Shown: positions 10,731-20,608 of the stretch, piece by piece
Layout: each line of letters opens with the position of its first letter
How positions within the stretch are numbered: the first letter of the stretch is position 1
Assembly (NCBI GenBank): GCA_963788655.1
Contig: CAWBHS010000099.1
Span: forward strand, 74,271-138,270
Source of the DNA: an uncultured Verrucomicrobiae bacterium
GTDB lineage: Bacteria > Verrucomicrobiota > Verrucomicrobiia > Limisphaerales > JAFGQR01
Direction of reading: 5' to 3'
Length of the DNA stretch: 64,000 nt
The notes under the pieces: model-generated
Databases searched by the model: none
What the model saw: only the letters and a program-made list of their open reading frames with translations
Told to the model about the DNA's origin: nothing
Program-made: the position numbers and the translations under genes

Positions 10731-11493
10731 ATGAAACAACATCATTCACTATTCAACTCATTGATTCTCGTTGGCGTTTCGGCGTTGACTGCATCGGCAG
10801 TAACCGTCACTGTACTTCCCAGTGACCCTAACTGGGGCAATCCGGCAGGCGAAAACGGAGGCGGCGGATTCCAGCGCCATCACCGGATCGGCTCCGCGCT
10901 CCGGCAATGGCTCGTTGGAATTAACGGGCGATCGCACCCGATTCTTTGGTCTAGGCAATCCGTATGATTCCACAAGCAATCTCGGATTGTTGAGTGACCT
11001 GACTGACTTCAGGTTCGATTGGTCGGTCGCAGTCGGAAGCTCGCAGGGCACGACTCCCAATTACTCGCCGGCGTTGAGGCTGCACATTTGGGACGGAGCC
11101 CAACGCAGTGAGCTCATTTGGGAAAACGCGTATAATGGTCCAACTACGGTGGTCCAAGGCATGTGGTACTCCACCGGCACCGATGACAATTTCTCGCAGT
11201 ATGTGGCGGGAGTTGGCGACAGCCTGATTTACAACCGGTCAATATCGGATTGGAGTTCGCTCGGTTACAGTGCAAACGCATATATTGCCGGCGTCAGTAT
11301 CGGGGTTGGCTCTTCCGCGGGATCCACCTATCATGCCTTTGCCGACGATCTAGTATTAAGTTTCGGGGTAAATTCCACCACCTACAACTTCGAAGCCTCC
11401 GCTGCTTCGGTGCCGGATGGTGGGGCGACGCTGCTTCTATTCGGAAGTGCCTTGGCGGGATTTGCAGCATTGCGTCGGAAGTGGCGGGCCTAG
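10731..11493 (+). CDS. VPDSG/PEP-CTERM sorting domain protein (frameshifted at about 10869)
   Basis: Signal peptide MKQHHSLFNSLILVGVSALTASA in one frame, C-terminal VPDGGATLLLFGSALAGFAALRRK in another. Removing one T in GGA-T-TCC gives a 253-aa ORF. Confidence 0.88.
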
Positions 11494-11519
11494 CCGGCTC
11501 CAACCAAGAAACACAATTC

Positions 11520-11549
11520 GGGCCGGAGCAATCCGGTCCTTTTTGTTTT
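11520..11549 (+). terminator. Rho-independent terminator
   Basis: GGGCCGGA-GCAA-TCCGGTCC followed by TTTTTGTTTT. Confidence 0.8.
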
Positions 11550-11636
11550 AACCATGGCGTGTTAACAATCGGGTATCCAGAATCGGGCATCCGGCATCTT
11601 CACCGGTCGCATCGGCCCACTTCAACGCTTCACCCC

Positions 11637-13106
11637 TCACTGCCCGGTCCCAGTTGCCTTTGCCGGCGCATTCGTGCCGGTGGCTGAAGGAGCCGGCAAG
11701 TTCAACTTCGTGCGCAGACGAGCTTTGAATTCCGGGGCCAGCCGGCTGTCCGGCGCCAACAAGCGGTTAAGCACGTCTTTCTTCATGTCCTCGAAGGGCG
11801 GCAAGCCCAGGCGCTGTTCCTGGCCCTTGGCTTTATCCCGGCAATAATTCCAAAACTTCAGCGCCATGGCCATCATCCCGGCGGCGCGGTCATCGTTATC
11901 GATGGCCATGGCGAGGTAGGCGTCGCCGATAAAGCCTTCCAGCACGGTCATGGATTTGTCATAGCTCATCGTCCCAATGTCCTCCACGTGCCGTTGGAAC
12001 ACGTATTCTTCCAACGTGTCTTTGGCCGGGATGGCATCGGGGTATTTCTGGCGCACGTAATCGAACCAATACTTGGCTTCGGTCTCACGGTTGTGGGTGT
12101 AGAGCATGTAAACGATGGTGCGCAGGAAATTCTTGTGCGCCCGTTCGATGGGCACCTTGTTCTGCTGTTCATCCTGGATCAGCTTCTCCCAGTTGGCATT
12201 CACCCGTCCGATCTTATCGAGGTCCGGTCCCGTAATGATGTACCCGTTCTTGGGCAGACGCACCACGCGTCCGGCGAAGACCGACATTTGTTGCGAGGAA
12301 TAAATCACCCGCCGCAGGAAGACGAGATTGCTGTTGCTGGAATTGCGCAATCCCACGCAGGCCCAGTAAATGGCGTGCGCTTCGGGCAGGCGCCATTCCA
12401 GGGGGCCGTATTCCGTGTCCACCTCCTTCATGATTTCCGGGTCCATCTTGTATTTGTTGCGCAGCAACTCCGCGCGTTTCCGCTCATCAGCGGTGGTCGG
12501 ATGGATCAATTCGGCGAAGTTCGGGCGCGGACCATCGAAGAGCGCGGTCATCTGGCGCGCCCACTCGGTCTTGTAATAGCGATGGGCGTCATCGAGGTCT
12601 TGCCCCATCTTGTGCTGGAAGAACCAGGCCAATTCCCGATAGACCATCGCCTGCGTGGGATTGTAGCGAATGGCGTCATCACGCAACAACTCGATGCCCC
12701 GCTGCACCCAGCGCCAGCGGTCCGCCGGGTCGGTGAACTTGACCGAAATGTTGTAGGCCATGTTCCAGGCCTGCACGAGCCAGACCTGCACGAAGGTGGG
12801 TTCGAGTTTGGTGATCCAATCGGCGAGCTGGACCATTTCAAAATACTTGCCTTCGTCCTGGAGATCGGTGGCGCGAATCCACAGCGCGTTGGCGATCAAT
12901 CCCCGGAAACTGCCCAACGCCACGGTCACAAAGGTCAGCATGGGTGGGGCGCCCGCGGTATCCAATTGCGTGAAATAGCTCAGGCCCAGTTTCGGATCGC
13001 GGCGCTGTCCGTTGAGCTGGTGCTGGAAGAAACCGGCCAGCGCCAGCAACACCGCTGCGCTCAGGGCGAGCAGCGGTTTGTAGAAGCGATGGCGGTCAGT
13101 GGTCAT
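11637..13106 (-). CDS. Conserved hypothetical membrane-anchored helical (TPR-like) protein
   Basis: ATGA overlap with the upstream permease at 13103-13106. N-terminal TM, LGSFRGLIANALWIRA and QAWNMAYNISV motifs. Confidence 0.75.
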   Translation of the reverse strand: MTTDRHRFYKPLLALSAAVLLALAGFFQHQLNGQRRDPKLGLSYFTQLDTAGAPPMLTFVTVALGSFRGLIANALWIRATDLQDEGKYFEMVQLADWITKLEPTFVQVWLVQAWNMAYNISVKFTDPADRWRWVQRGIELLRDDAIRYNPTQAMVYRELAWFFQHKMGQDLDDAHRYYKTEWARQMTALFDGPRPNFAELIHPTTADERKRAELLRNKYKMDPEIMKEVDTEYGPLEWRLPEAHAIYWACVGLRNSSNSNLVFLRRVIYSSQQMSVFAGRVVRLPKNGYIITGPDLDKIGRVNANWEKLIQDEQQNKVPIERAHKNFLRTIVYMLYTHNRETEAKYWFDYVRQKYPDAIPAKDTLEEYVFQRHVEDIGTMSYDKSMTVLEGFIGDAYLAMAIDNDDRAAGMMAMALKFWNYCRDKAKGQEQRLGLPPFEDMKKDVLNRLLAPDSRLAPEFKARLRTKLNLPAPSATGTNAPAKATGTGQ

Positions 13107-14479
13107 GTGGTGCTTTGGGCGGTCGCCAATTCGCGCCGCGTGAAAATGATGATACCGACCACCGCAAAAATGCCGCCCAGGAGCAGGACCACCTGGGCAA
13201 AGGCAATTCCCAAGGTGCCCCACGTGATACTTCTCCCGGTGCTCAACGCGTCCACCGGCGAAAAAACCCGCACGAGGTTGACGATCCGCAACAACACTTT
13301 GAAAAACGGAACCATGATCACGTCCACCCAACTGCCCCCGCTGACACCGGTTTCATGGTCGGCACCCACTACGGTGCCTTCCTCGACCACGGTGGAGAGC
13401 GTACCCGTGGACAACGACACCACCAACAGACTGAGGGAGAAAAACGCGGCTACCGGGAAGGATAACAGACTCGCCGATGCCAGTCCCAGCGCCGCCAACA
13501 ACGCCATCCAAAAAAGAATGATCATCAGACCGCGGGCGAAGTTCAGGGCAAATCCGCCTTCGCGGTAAAGCACTTCGAAACCATCCTCCAACGGGAACAG
13601 GAGCGCGGTGGGGTTGCGGTTGATAAAGGAGACGGTGAGCACCCCATTCTCGTCGAACAAATTGGGCGGAATGGCAAACTCATGAAACGTGTTCGCCGAC
13701 ATGCTTTGCCGGTCCACCACCACCTGGGTTTTGCCCGGCACGCCGATTTGCCATTCGCCCTGATACAAACCGCTCTCATTGGTCTGGGCGACGTGGAAAT
13801 TCGCCCGAAGGTAGAGGGGGTCGTTGTGCAATGAATTCTTGCGCAGCCCCAGCGGGAGCGTCCACACCCGTTGGAAACCGGGCGGTACAATCTGAAAACC
13901 GGCCTTGACCTGTTCGGTCAGTTGTTTGCGCAACAGGGGATATTGGTCGGGCGGCACCTCGGTTTCCTGGATGCGCTTCTGGAACACAGCGTCCACGTAT
14001 TTGTCGATGTCCGGCATGGGCTCCTTCAACGCGCCCCGCGCCACGAAAATCTCATGGTGCAAAATGGCCTGTTGGTCCGCGGGCAACCGGCTGGCCCGCC
14101 ATTGCAGGAGCAAATACACGCTGCCGCCGGTTAGGGCCAACAACGCGGCGTCCAGCAGCACAATGCCGAGCCATTTGCCCAGCCAGATTTGCCAGCGGGC
14201 AATGGGTTTCACGGCGATCATTTGCATCTGGCAGTCTTCGATGTCACGCGCCAGAGTGCCGCAGGACAACCAGAGCGTGGCCAGGCCCAGCAGCATGGTG
14301 ATGACACTCAAGTTGTAGGTCAGCACCAGTTGCACAAACCCGCGCGCCGTTTGGTCGCTCTTGAGAATGAGCGGCAGCCCGATCACCGACCCGAGCAACA
14401 GCACCGCCAGCACCCAAAACAGCCGAAACCGGAAGGCGGCTTTCCAGGTGAGCTTGGCGATGGCCCAAATCCGTTGCAT
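13103..14479 (-). CDS. ABC-2 type transporter permease
   Basis: RIWAIAKLTWKAAFR, ARDIED...VKPIARWQIWLGKWLG, several TMs and a large periplasmic loop. Confidence 0.85.
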   Translation of the reverse strand: MQRIWAIAKLTWKAAFRFRLFWVLAVLLLGSVIGLPLILKSDQTARGFVQLVLTYNLSVITMLLGLATLWLSCGTLARDIEDCQMQMIAVKPIARWQIWLGKWLGIVLLDAALLALTGGSVYLLLQWRASRLPADQQAILHHEIFVARGALKEPMPDIDKYVDAVFQKRIQETEVPPDQYPLLRKQLTEQVKAGFQIVPPGFQRVWTLPLGLRKNSLHNDPLYLRANFHVAQTNESGLYQGEWQIGVPGKTQVVVDRQSMSANTFHEFAIPPNLFDENGVLTVSFINRNPTALLFPLEDGFEVLYREGGFALNFARGLMIILFWMALLAALGLASASLLSFPVAAFFSLSLLVVSLSTGTLSTVVEEGTVVGADHETGVSGGSWVDVIMVPFFKVLLRIVNLVRVFSPVDALSTGRSITWGTLGIAFAQVVLLLGGIFAVVGIIIFTRRELATAQSTT

Positions 14480-14529
14480 GCGATGCTAAGCTGGAACTTG
14501 AAGGTTCCGAAACGGTGAGGGTGAGGGAT

Positions 14530-15783
14530 TCATTTCGGTTTTTGCAGCAGTGAGGACAATTTCTCGTTGGCCTTTTCCAATTCGGCCGGTCGCGGCTTTT
14601 CCGTGGGCTTATCGGTGGCGGGCGCTTTGGATTCTGGCACGGGCGCGGGCTGGGCTTCCGGTTGGGCCAGCGCGGCCAACTTCGATTGGTCGATGGGAGC
14701 GGCGGCCACGGGTTCGGGCGGTTTCGTTTCCTCGCGAGGCGCCGCCGCGGCTACGGTCAACCGCTCCAGAAAACGATCGGGAGCGGCTTGGGTTTCCGCT
14801 TCGCCCCGTAAATATGCCGCCACCCGGCCACCGGATGTGGCGCCGGACGTTGCCGTGGCGGACTGCCGCGCTTTTTGGACCACATCCAGGAAGTAACTCT
14901 CCAGGTTCTTCGTCGGCGTGTCCACGCGGACTTTGTCCGGATCCACATCCTTCCGGAGAATGGCCAGCACCTGTTCCATATCTTCGCGCGGCACCGGCGG
15001 CATGGTGATCCGCACGACGTCCGGCCGGGCCAGCAGTTCCTGCAACGGGCCCTGGGCTTGAATGCGTCCCCCGTAAAGAATCAAGACGCGGTCGCACACG
15101 TCTTCAACGTCCGCCAGCAAATGGCTGCTGAGAATCACGGTCTTGCCGCGTTGGGCCAGCGCGAGGATCAGATCCTTGATCTCCCGGCAGCCAATGGGGT
15201 CCAGGCCCGAAGTCGGTTCGTCGAGAATCACCAGGTCCGGATCATTGATCAGCGCCTGCGCCAGCCCGATGCGCCGTTGCATGCCTTTGGAAAACTCCCC
15301 AATCGTCCGCGTCCGCGTCTGGGTCAAGCCGACCATCTCGAGCAATTGCTCGGTGCGTTTTTTCCGTTCGCCACTGGGCAAGTGAAACAGATCGCCAAAG
15401 AACTCCAGGGTTTCGCGCGAATCGAGGTAGCGATACAAATACGATTCCTCGGGCAGGTAACCGATGCGTTCCTTGGTGGCCACATGCCGGGGCGAATGGC
15501 CGAACACTTCGATGTGTCCCTTGGTGGGATACAAAAGGCCCAACAGCATTTTCACTGTGGTGGATTTTCCGGAGCCGTTGGGACCCAGCAGGCCAAACAC
15601 TTCGCCGCGCCGCACCTCGAAATCGATGTTATCGACCGCGCGGGCCTTGGGCCGGCCCCAGAAATCCTTGAAGATCTTGGTCAAGCCGCGCACAGCCACG
15701 ACCGCGCTTCCATCCGTGAATTGCGGTTTGCTGGCGCTGGCTTCCGCGTTGGCTTCAGTAACGGTCATTAGGTCAGTGCTCAT
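14530..15783 (-). CDS. ABC transporter ATP-binding protein with low-complexity C-terminal extension
   Basis: GPNGSGKST, FSKGMQRRIGLAQA, ILDEPTSGLD. Confidence 0.93.
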   Translation of the reverse strand: MSTDLMTVTEANAEASASKPQFTDGSAVVAVRGLTKIFKDFWGRPKARAVDNIDFEVRRGEVFGLLGPNGSGKSTTVKMLLGLLYPTKGHIEVFGHSPRHVATKERIGYLPEESYLYRYLDSRETLEFFGDLFHLPSGERKKRTEQLLEMVGLTQTRTRTIGEFSKGMQRRIGLAQALINDPDLVILDEPTSGLDPIGCREIKDLILALAQRGKTVILSSHLLADVEDVCDRVLILYGGRIQAQGPLQELLARPDVVRITMPPVPREDMEQVLAILRKDVDPDKVRVDTPTKNLESYFLDVVQKARQSATATSGATSGGRVAAYLRGEAETQAAPDRFLERLTVAAAAPREETKPPEPVAAAPIDQSKLAALAQPEAQPAPVPESKAPATDKPTEKPRPAELEKANEKLSSLLQKPK

Positions 15784-16128
15784 GGCGTGAGACGGGTGGT
15801 GCGGGAAAATATTCCCGTCGAATCAACTTTTTCGTTCGTTTTGCCATGGCAGTAATCGTGGGACCGAAGCCGGGACCGGCTCGGCCAGTGACGAAACTGC
15901 CATTTTGGCCACAACTGCTCAGCGCGCATCCAGGCATCCTAACAACGGGATTAGCCGAGGGCAAGGTTGTGCGGTTGAACTGCTGAGCGGTATCAATTCG
16001 GCAACAAACCACCAATAACCACGAATGGAACCGGACTTCGACACAGTTGCCGACACAGTTTTTGGAAGTGGGCTTCAATCAAGCTCGGCTGGGTAGTGTA
16101 TGACTCTCCCCGGCATGGCTCCGAACAC

Positions 16129-16235
16129 GTAGGACGGGCGTCTCGCCCGTCCCGAACGTCTGAGGGCGAACGCTCTCTGCAAGACGTTCGCTGTCCCAGG
16201 AGCGATGCGGGTGTATTCGGAACAGCCGGGACGGG
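16129..16235. repeat. GTAG-type REP/REPIN (family B), degenerate right arm
   Basis: GTAGGACGGGCGTCTCGCCCGTCC hairpin; flanks resemble the 32363-32495 copy. Confidence 0.65.
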
Positions 16236-16247
16236 TGGCCTGCCGGT

Positions 16248-17300
16248 TCAGCCTTCGAGCAACTCGCGCTGCCAGTTCATCAACTCTTTGGAGTTCACGT
16301 CCCAGTTGTGGGCCAGTTGCACAAGGGTGGCGCGACTGGCAATAAGACTGGGATCCAGGCCCAGGTCCGTTGCGTGCTGGTTGCGCCGGCGCTCCAGTTC
16401 GCGGAGCCGTTTCTTTTCCGCTTCCGTTTGCCGGCGCCCGCGAGGTTTGTAAATCCGCGGCAATTCCTTGGAAGCCAAGCCGCTGGTAATGGCCTCGGTG
16501 ACTCCCTGTCGCCGGCGGTTGGTCAGATGGCGCGGAATGATTTCTTCCACCGGCGAACCATCCGCCGCCGCCGTGGCCAGGCTCACCATGGTTTCCGGCT
16601 GCAGAATGAAGTATGGCGGTTTATTGGCATGCACGGCCTCCATTTCGCGCCAGCGCCAGATCTCGCGCACGACCGCCAACGCCGCCGGAGCCAGGCGGCT
16701 GCTGCCTTTGACGCGCCATTGTTGATCCGGGTCCACTTCCCGCAACTGGGCGCATTCGTTGATCAACCGGGCACAGCTCTCCCGGTGCCAGTGCAGCCGA
16801 CCTTGCTCCTTCAACTCCGCGCGGAGAATGTCGGCCAGCGATTTGAGGTGATGCGTATCGTTCCGGGCATAGGCCTCCATCCGCGGCGTGAGCGGACGAC
16901 GCGCCCAATTGGCTTTTTGCGGCCCCTTTTCCAAGGTCACTCCCAAATATTTGGACACCAGGCTGTCCAGGCCGAAATGACGTTGGCCCAGCAACCGGCT
17001 GGCAATCATGGTGTCAAAGATGGCCTTGGGCACAAAGTTGCAGTGCCGCTGCAACAACCGCAGATCGTAATCGGCGCCGTGCAGGATCAATTCGTGCCGG
17101 CGCAATTCCTTGAGCACGGGGGTGAGATCCGCCCCGGCCAGGGGGTCCAAGAGCACATCGTGTTGTTCAAAACTGACCTGGATCAGGCAAAGCTTTTCGG
17201 GATAGGCGTGCAAACTGTCCGCCTCGGTGTCCAGTGCGATCCACTGGGCTTCCCGGAGGCGGGGCACGAAATCGGTCAGTTTCTGTTGCGTATCAATCAC
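16248..17300 (-). CDS. rnd: Ribonuclease D (DEDDy exonuclease + HRDC)
   Basis: IALDTEADSLH, LHGADYD, FDTMIA, NWARRPL..YARND, HRDC domain. Confidence 0.9.
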   Translation of the reverse strand: MIDTQQKLTDFVPRLREAQWIALDTEADSLHAYPEKLCLIQVSFEQHDVLLDPLAGADLTPVLKELRRHELILHGADYDLRLLQRHCNFVPKAIFDTMIASRLLGQRHFGLDSLVSKYLGVTLEKGPQKANWARRPLTPRMEAYARNDTHHLKSLADILRAELKEQGRLHWHRESCARLINECAQLREVDPDQQWRVKGSSRLAPAALAVVREIWRWREMEAVHANKPPYFILQPETMVSLATAAADGSPVEEIIPRHLTNRRRQGVTEAITSGLASKELPRIYKPRGRRQTEAEKKRLRELERRRNQHATDLGLDPSLIASRATLVQLAHNWDVNSKELMNWQRELLEG

Positions 17301-17423
17301 GCGGCGGAACTATAGTGAAGGCGAAAACCAGAAAAAGGCAAAACCAATTTCACCGGCGGTCTATTTAAAACCAGCCTGATGAAAGGAGCTTTCAAAATAC
17401 GGGCGAGCCGGTATAACCACCCC

Positions 17424-18938
17424 ATGAATCTCGCAACGGCATTTTGCGTTTCCGCCCGGAAACATGCGCCGAAGCCTGCCATTTTCTGGGGGGAACGGCA
17501 GTTTCCCTACGAGTTGCTGTGGCAACAGACCGAGCGATTGACCAACCACCTGCGCGCGCACTGCGGCCTGCGGCCGGGGGATCGGGTTGCCCTTTGGCTG
17601 AAAAACTGCCCCGAATTCATTCCCGCCCTGTTTGGCATTTTACACGCCGGCGGAGTCGTCGTGCCGATCAACAATTTCCTCAAACCGGATGAAGTCAGTT
17701 TCATTTTGGCGGATGCCGGGATTGATTTGGTCATTACCGATGCGTCCATGGAGGAGCATTTTGCGAAGCTGACGCAGGCCCGGCCGCAATTGAAATTCTG
17801 GACGGTGGAAGAGTTTAATGCCCCCTCGTTCCAGACCCAGCCGCCGGTCCGTTCCGGTTTTCGCCCTCCGCGCGAATCGGATTTGGCGTTGATCATTTAC
17901 ACCTCGGGCACCACGGGGCATCCCAAGGGCGCCATGCTTTCCCATGGCAATCTGCTGCACAACGTCGAGAGCTGCCGCCTGGTGCTGTCCGCGATGGATG
18001 TGGACCGGTTTGTGGTGGTGTTGCCGATGTTTCACAGTTTCATGCTTACCGTGGGGGTGTTGCTCCCGTTACTGGTGGGCGGATCCTTGGTGCTGATCAA
18101 GTCCCTGCACCCACCGAAAAACATCATCCAGGAAATCATCCAACACGGCGGCACCATCCTGCCATGCATTCCCCAGTTCTTCCGGACGTTGGCGCACGCG
18201 AATTTGCCCTGCCCACTGCCACTGCGATTGTGCATCAGCGGCGGCGCCCCGTTGCCGGGGGAAATCCTGCGCGAGTTCAACGCCCGGATGCCCATGCCAT
18301 TGATCGAAGGCTACGGTTTGAGCGAAGCCAGTCCGGTGGTGAGTTTGAATCCGGTGGCGGGCCCCTGGAAAGCCGGATCCGTCGGCGTGCCGATTCCCGG
18401 CGTGGAAATTGGCGTGTGCAACGAAGCCGGGGAATTCCTGGCGCCGCACCAGACCGGCGAAATCTGCGTCCGCGGCGGCAACGTGATGCGCGGTTATTGG
18501 AACCAACCGGAGGCAAGCGCCCAATGCCTCCGGCATGGCTGGCTGCTGACCGGCGACGTCGGGTATCGCGATGGTGAAGGTTATTATTACATCACGGATC
18601 GCAAGAAGGATATGCTGCTGGTGAACGGCCTCAACGTCTATCCCCGCGAAATCGAGGAAGTGCTCTACCAATTTCCCGGCGTGCGGGAAGCCGCCGTGAT
18701 TGGTGTTTCGGACGCGCGCAAGGGGGAGCACCCGGTGGCCTTTGTGGCGCTCCAGGAGGGCCAAGCCACCGATGCCAAGGCCTTGCTCGCGTTCGCCCGC
18801 GAGCGTTTGGCCGATTACAAAGTGCCCCGGCAAATCAACTTTCTGCCCGCGCTCCCGCGCAACGCCACCGGCAAAGTATTGAAGACCGCTCTCCGGCAAC
18901 AAGCCGGGCCACCCGTTGGCCAAGCCGAAGGTCTTTAA
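17424..18938 (+). CDS. fadD: Long-chain-fatty-acid--CoA ligase
   Basis: YTSGTTGHPKG, EGYGLSEASP, TGDVG, DRKKD, RNATGKVLK. Confidence 0.85.
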   Translation: MNLATAFCVSARKHAPKPAIFWGERQFPYELLWQQTERLTNHLRAHCGLRPGDRVALWLKNCPEFIPALFGILHAGGVVVPINNFLKPDEVSFILADAGIDLVITDASMEEHFAKLTQARPQLKFWTVEEFNAPSFQTQPPVRSGFRPPRESDLALIIYTSGTTGHPKGAMLSHGNLLHNVESCRLVLSAMDVDRFVVVLPMFHSFMLTVGVLLPLLVGGSLVLIKSLHPPKNIIQEIIQHGGTILPCIPQFFRTLAHANLPCPLPLRLCISGGAPLPGEILREFNARMPMPLIEGYGLSEASPVVSLNPVAGPWKAGSVGVPIPGVEIGVCNEAGEFLAPHQTGEICVRGGNVMRGYWNQPEASAQCLRHGWLLTGDVGYRDGEGYYYITDRKKDMLLVNGLNVYPREIEEVLYQFPGVREAAVIGVSDARKGEHPVAFVALQEGQATDAKALLAFARERLADYKVPRQINFLPALPRNATGKVLKTALRQQAGPPVGQAEGL

Positions 18939-18984
18939 CGCCAGTCAGCGCACCGGGTGCAACCCCATGTCGGGCACGGGGAAG

Positions 18985-19082
18985 CCTTTGATCCTCGAAC
19001 GCCGTAGGATTCCCGCGCCAACGCGGCCGGGAATGCGGAAACGATGCGGAAATATCAGCGCTCGACGGAGTCTCACCTTACC
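18985..19082. repeat. Truncated copy of the family C REPIN-like element
   Basis: Spacer and right arm (GAAACGATGCG...CTCGACGGAGTCTC..) align by eye with 36885-36981. Confidence 0.6.
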
Positions 19083-19144
19083 CGCCGCCGGCAACACCGT
19101 GGTAACGGTTGAGGGTTGAGGGCTGAAGGTCGTCGGGAGCGGCA

Positions 19145-19275
19145 AATGACCAATGACCAAGGTCCAGAGAATGACCGATTCCCAAGGACCGGGGCTCCGG
19201 CGGGAGGCCCCTTACTTTTGTTTGGAATTTGAGATTTGGAGATTCTCTGGAGCTTGGTCATTGGTCATTGGACTT
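19145..19275. repeat. Heptamer inverted array (AATGACC)n...(GGTCATT)n
   Basis: aatgaccaatgaccaaggtccagagaat versus attctctggagcttggtcattggtcatt. Confidence 0.8.
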
Positions 19276-19375
19276 TTGCCACCATCAACCATCTCGGTAA
19301 TGGAGCGCTCTTGTCGGTCCTCGAAATTTCATGGGTTGACATTCCGGGGAGAACAACGGAAAACGAGCGCCGATT

Positions 19376-20119
19376 ATGGGACTTTTAAATGATCGGATTG
19401 CGGTGGTGACCGGTGCCGGGCGCGGGATTGGCCAGGCGATTGCCTTGAAATTGGCCGGTGAAGGTGCCGACGTTGTGTGCGTCGATCTGCAGGCGGACTT
19501 TGTGAGCGAAACCGTGGGCAAAGTTCAAAAACTCGGGCGTAAAGCCTGGGCCGTGGCCGCCAATGTGGCTGACGCCGCCAGTGTGGATGCGGCGGCGGGA
19601 CAAATACTTAAGGAGCCCGGTCGCGTGGATATCCTGGTGAATAATGCCGGCATCACGCGCGACACCTTGTTGATGCGCATGAGCGAAGCGGACTGGGATG
19701 CCGTACTGAACATCAATTTGAAGGGCACCTTCCTGATGACCAAGGCCTTCGCGCGCGCGTTCCTAAAGCAGAAATCCGGGCGCATCGTGAATATTGCCTC
19801 GGTCATTGGCTTGATTGGCAACGCCGGCCAGTGCAACTACGCGGCCAGCAAAGCCGGGGTCATCGGCTTGACCAAGTCCGTGGCCCGGGAACTGGCCTCG
19901 CGCGGCATTACGGCCAACGCCATCGCTCCCGGTTTCATCGAAACCCGGATGACGGAAGCCCTGAACGAAGAGATGCGAAATGCCTTGCTCAAGCAGATTC
20001 CATTGGCCAGTTTGGGGCAACCCGAAGACGTGGCCAACGCGGTTCTGTTTTTCGCCAGCCCGGCGGCACGTTATGTAACCGGCCAGGTGCTGGCGGTGGA
20101 TGGCGGGATGGTCATGTGA
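19376..20119 (+). CDS. fabG: 3-oxoacyl-ACP reductase
   Basis: TGAGRGIG, NNAGITRD, NYAASKAG. Upstream of acpP. Confidence 0.96.
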   Translation: MGLLNDRIAVVTGAGRGIGQAIALKLAGEGADVVCVDLQADFVSETVGKVQKLGRKAWAVAANVADAASVDAAAGQILKEPGRVDILVNNAGITRDTLLMRMSEADWDAVLNINLKGTFLMTKAFARAFLKQKSGRIVNIASVIGLIGNAGQCNYAASKAGVIGLTKSVARELASRGITANAIAPGFIETRMTEALNEEMRNALLKQIPLASLGQPEDVANAVLFFASPAARYVTGQVLAVDGGMVM

Positions 20120-20293
20120 AAATTACGAAAATTCACACTGGACAGGGCGCGGCCCGCTCGCTAGACAAAGCGGCGATTTAAGAATTACAACCGTTAGGCA
20201 AGCAAACAATCGAAACCAAATCATTTCGCGATTCAGGGCTTGACGCCTGTTGGACCGTGACATAGACAGACCACAAGATAACCGGAGTATACC

Positions 20294-20539
20294 ATGGCAG
20301 AAAAATCAGTAGAGCAACGAGTCAGAGAGATTATCGTCGAACAAATGGACGTTAATCCCGATCAAGTGACGCTCGACGCCAAGTTTATCGAAGACCTCGG
20401 CGCCGATTCCCTGGATGTCGTGGAACTGGTCATGGCGCTGGAAGAAGAGTTTGACCATGAAATTCCCGACGAAGAAGCCGAGAAACTTCTGAGCGTGGGC
20501 GACGTCGTCAAATACATCGAAGACCTTCGGTCAAAATAG
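20294..20539 (+). CDS. acpP: Acyl carrier protein
   Basis: [20 protein letters not shown]. Confidence 0.98.
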   Translation: MAEKSVEQRVREIIVEQMDVNPDQVTLDAKFIEDLGADSLDVVELVMALEEEFDHEIPDEEAEKLLSVGDVVKYIEDLRSK

Positions 20540-20558
20540 GCCTGTTGTGATCCCTACC

Positions 20559-20608
20559 CGGGGCAGCTCCGGCTGGCGTCAGCCCAGGCTGCCCCGTTTG
20601 TTTTCTTT
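20559..20608 (+). terminator. Terminator-like hairpin between acpP and fabF
   Basis: CGGGGCAGC...GCTGCCCCG followed by TTTGTTTTCTTT. Confidence 0.6.
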
